Assembly: GCF_964204645.1 (NCBI RefSeq)
Contig: NC_134028.1
Coordinates: 15,445,653 to 15,509,652, forward strand
Direction: 5' to 3'
DNA: 64,000 nt
Source: Tubulanus polymorphus
Lineage: Eukaryota > Animalia > Nemertea
Part shown: piece after piece, positions 60,108 to 64,000 of the stretch
Numbering within the stretch: position 1 is the stretch's first letter
Layout: every line of letters starts with the position of its first letter
Position numbers and translations under genes: made by a program
The notes under the pieces: generated by a model
Seen by the model: only the letters and a program-made list of their open reading frames with translations
Told to the model about the DNA's origin: nothing
Database searches by the model: none

Positions 60108-60877
60108 TTAATCATCAGACTCTATTTCGACATCAGACTCTAACAATTTATTCAGCGTATCTACCGATAAAACTAGAGCATTATCACTACTTGTAAATAT
60201 ATCTTCTATTTTAGATTTCTTAGTGCCTTCATCATTATAATGAATATGTTTACCTGTAACTATATTTTCATTGTCATCTTTCTTAGTGTTTGACTCCAAC
60301 ATTTCATTTACAATGTTTGATCCTAATATTTTATTAGCATCAGTTAAATCTAATTTATCTTTACTAGGTTCTTTAGATAAAAATTCACCTAATAAATCTT
60401 TATATAAATCTCACCTAATAAATCTTTATATAAATCTTTACCATTTACTTTTTTATTTGAAACAAACTTTGTTACATATCTAAATGGATGTTCTATAAAT
60501 TCTCTGATACCAACACGTTATATAACATTAGTTATATGTACAACTGTATTCATATGATTATTCCAATTAGTTGGGGCGTTTGAAAATTCACCTTTACAAT
60601 ATCCGCAATAATTTCTATTTTCATTATAATTTAATATTATTGCATTATTAGATGTAGAAAGGTAAAACAGTATTAGATGTAGAAGGAATAACATTATTAT
60701 CAATTTCATTACTTAAATTATCAACAACTTCACCATTTCTATCAGTTTAGTTTTATAATCTTTAAAAATAGCATCAAATATCAAAGCTATATTACAAGGT
60801 ATTACATAATATAAGCCATTATTATTTTCATGTTTATCAATGTATGGAATATGTTTATATACTTTACCTTCATCCAT
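60108..60877 (-). pseudogene. Variable-slot protein homologous to B 30686-31564
   Basis: GKVYKHIPYID..; NYCGYCKGEFSNAP..WNNHMNTVVH. Confidence 0.75.
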
Positions 60878-60909
60878 TTATTATAAAAAGTTTTATTAAA
60901 ATTAAGATT

Positions 60910-61532
60910 TTAATACATAACACTATTTAATTGTGAATTTACAATATTTAATTGTGCGTCAGATATAATATAAATGTGCATTTTGAAATTTTTGATTCCT
61001 GTTTTCCTTTTCATGAATAATTGTATTCCATCTTTAGTGTTCTGTAGTTTTTTCCCAGAACCATGTAATAAGTTATCTTCTGTTGTTCTAAAATCTAACC
61101 ATAATGCGTATTTATTGCCGGTATAATAATCAATTTGATTAATATTACAATTTTCAGATGATTTATTTTTTCATTCATAAAATGTTTTCTAATTTCTGGC
61201 CACTGATCAATCATTCTCATTCCTTGACAAAATATCTTATTTGCTTTACCTTCGATAGTTATTTCTACTTTTGATATTTCAGGATTATAATAATGATCAA
61301 CCTGTATTGCGCCATTAGAATATGTTGCAATTGTAAAAAATATTAATATACCTTTGATAGATCTTCTTGGGAAGTTAATATTCTCATTAATTATTTCATC
61401 ATTTGCATTAATAGTTACGGTTTTGAATTTATCAATATAATCATATAATAATGAAAATGCTTGATTATATTGAGTTTGAATTATACTTGAAATATTTTCA
61501 TCAGTTACTGTATCATACTCTAAACATATATT
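60910..61532 (-). pseudogene. C-terminal half of major capsid protein, interrupted at 61532
   Basis: Reverse complement of B ~30033-30653. Confidence 0.88.
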
Positions 61533-63360
61533 TAGGGTTTTCTGTTACATCACAGAAAACCCTATTGAGATTCGCGTGTTTCAACTGCAACTTACTTTCA
61601 CTGTCGGCGAAACCATTCTGTATCACAAGTACTATGCTGCATTGACAAATACTGTATATAATATTAATCAGAATGCCACTGTTTACTCACTGTGAGCCTC
61701 TAAACATCGAAATTTAAGCCCGATTCAAACAGTATCCATCTACGTATGTGTATTGCCTACGTGTCTTATTCCCACAATACCGCAGTACATGTATTTGAGT
61801 GCGTATCCGTATATGCAGTGATAGAGAGCCCTGTTCTAGATCAGTAGTAAAAAGTATTTTTATCACTCTACGAGTCGAATGTTTTGCCGTTGAAATAGGA
61901 CATTCTCGAGTGAACGCAACTGAGGAATTTGTATAGCCTTGTTTGTGCCGCATATACGTACGTTCAAGCAATAGCATCCTTGCGGTAACTTCCCTGGATA
62001 GAGCTAATGAATGCAGCTATCGATACGCGAGAGCCTTGATGACTATACTCTTCTGCTAGCATTACAATATTCCTTGACGGATTTACTTGAAACTTTCGTG
62101 AGATCTACGGAACACAGGTACCTTGAGGTAAGTCGAAGGGATCTTTGATTTGGGACCCCGTTCACCCACCAGGGCGTGTTTTACATTTGAAAATTATGAC
62201 ATCGAAAAGTTACTGTGCGAGAAAATTTTTTGTCTTTGACTTCTCAGCTTCGGGCGAGCACGAAAGTTGTTCATAACAGCCTGGAGGCTAAAAAAGTGAA
62301 TGGCACGCCCTATCTGCGATTAACCGTTTGGGCTCTACGGGCTCGAAAATGGGCCCCCAAATTTTTTAATGAGACTTTTGCTCCCAGCTCCTTTTAACCG
62401 TTGGAAATAGAATCGTGGTTGCGACGAGTGATCAGTAGCCCTTGCGAAGACGCTTTTATTGATGTATGGTATAACTATGTAACTCATATGGTTCTCCAGT
62501 AGCGCCACCTATAAGACGCTAGAATACGCATTTCCATCTATATCGACTAAGGGTACTAATGGATTTCTTTAAAAATTGATACACATGTACCTGGTTACTA
62601 AACGAAACGAACCCCTTATATGATTAGTTCCCATTTTAACCACTAGGGGGCGTAAATTTTGAAAAATCGATTTCAGAATCAATTTTTCGCATTTAATGCG
62701 GTCTGTTTATTATGAAAATCACAAAACTTGGTATAAGTACAAAGACATGTGTGTAATATGCCATCCTGCATGATTAGTTCATAAATCTGCCACTAGGGGA
62801 ATGTGAAAACATCGATTTTTGCTCCTAGGTCCTTAACCGTTGGCGATAGAATCGAGGTTGCGATGTGTGGTTAGTAGCCCTTTTCAAGATACTTGTATTT
62901 GTGTATGTTTTAAGTAGGTAACTTATATGGTTCTCCAGGAGCGCCACCTACATTTTGCTGGAAATGCATTTTCATTGATAGCAACTAAGCGGATAAAGGG
63001 GTCTCTATGAAATTGATATACATGTACCTGGATATATGATACAACGAATCCCTAACATGATTAGTTCCTATTCTAACCACTAGGGGCGTTAATGTTGAAA
63101 ACTCATTCTAGCATCAGTTTTTTCGATTTTAATTCAGTAGTACTTAGTATGCTAACCGGCAAATTACCGGCCACTTGAACATGGTAAAAGTACCGTATCT
63201 TCGTTATTCTCGGTGTCATATCCCCTAACCTTGGTACATTAGAACTTTTCGCGTAATATCCCATGTGAATCAACATAGCCATGTTATCAGCTGACCCCTA
63301 GGTGGCGCACCTCATCCAGCAAGGCAGAAACCCGTTATCGCTGCTTTGCAGCTATATTTA
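61531..63360 (+). mobile_element. Helentron-associated (HINE/DINE-1-like) non-autonomous element
   Basis: 5' hairpin tagggttttctg/cagaaaacccta, internal direct repeats (~62390-62700 / ~62830-63130), 3' cagaaaccc plus stem-loop gctgctttgcagc, inserted at TT. Confidence 0.7.
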
Positions 63361-64000
63361 TTAGGGTTTCTGCTGCCTTCGCAGAAACCCTATTGTATTC
63401 CTGCTGATTTGTTGTTGTTGTTGTTGTTGTTGTCGTTGTCGTTGTCGTTGTCGTTGTTATTATTATTATTATAATATTCTTTTTCACACTGTATCACAAG
63501 TACTACGCTGCATTGACAAATACTGTATATAATATTAATCAGAAATGCACTGTTTGCTCACTGTGAGCCTCTAAACATCGAAATTTAATTCCGATTCAAA
63601 CAGTATCCATCTACGTATGTGTATTGCCTACGTGTCATTCCCACAGCGGCTCCTAAATACGTGTGTTTGTGTCTGTGTCCTTATATCGATAGAGCTGTGT
63701 TGTTCTAGATCTGTAGTAAACACGTAAGCAGTAGTGATATTTTTATCTCTTCCTTCTACGAATCGATTGTTGAATTAGGACATTGCTCGACTGAACGCAA
63801 CTGAGGAATTTTTATGGCCTTGTTTGTGCCGTATGTTAAAGAGCATCATATATTGCTTCGGCAACACAAGTTAGAGCATCATATAAGTAATTGGAAGATG
63901 TGGGTTTCATACCAGAGTACTAGAGTACTAGACACCACTAATCACCACAAGTAATTTTTTTCCCTAATAAATGGGAGACAGTGAGTTCCAAACAGAAAAA
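63361..64000 (+). mobile_element. Second related HINE-like element in tandem, with (GTT)n(GTC/GTT)(ATT)n microsatellite; runs off the window
   Basis: ttagggtttctg...cagaaaccctattg; 63490-63830 matches 61618-61950. Confidence 0.7.

Larger units (their letters stand above)
55775..61532 (-). mobile_element. Polinton copy C, inverted, interrupted by several insertions
   Basis: Same gene order as copy B from the 200-aa gene to the MCP C-terminal half. Confidence 0.93.

Noticed and set aside
1-64000. Prokaryotic or phage origin suggested by the intein and dense AT-rich ORFs
   Set aside because: The elements are embedded with TSDs among spliceosomal-intron genes, SINE, LTR, P and Kolobok elements.

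Overview
This is eukaryotic DNA, probably from an invertebrate animal (GT-AG introns, tRNA-derived SINE, MITEs), and nearly all of it is mobile elements. It holds three copies of one AT-rich Polinton/Maverick (adintovirus-like) family. Copy A (~2409-20035) has lost its left end. Copy B (20452-36004) is complete with a 6-bp TSD GAGCGG. Copy C is inverted and fragmented (~38060-38186 plus ~55775-61532). Between them the copies encode protein-primed PolB, minor and major capsid, A32-type ATPase, integrase-chromodomain, an HNH nuclease and many small membrane proteins. Main points of interest: (1) copy A PolB carries a LAGLIDADG intein of giant-virus type at the YxD|TDS site; (2) copy B has the empty site with a deletion scar right next to it; (3) every surviving element end is a long hairpin with co-varying arms; (4) nearly all genes start at TAAATG. 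Together these suggest a virophage-like element that meets a large DNA virus, which is a hypothesis. Copy C is split by nested insertions: Helentron-like element > SINE > two-gene P element > Kolobok (transposase + KolX) > MITEs. The window starts with the 3' end of a BEL/Pao retrotransposon and a Ulp1-protease pseudogene. All calls come from reading the sequence by eye; no searches were run.
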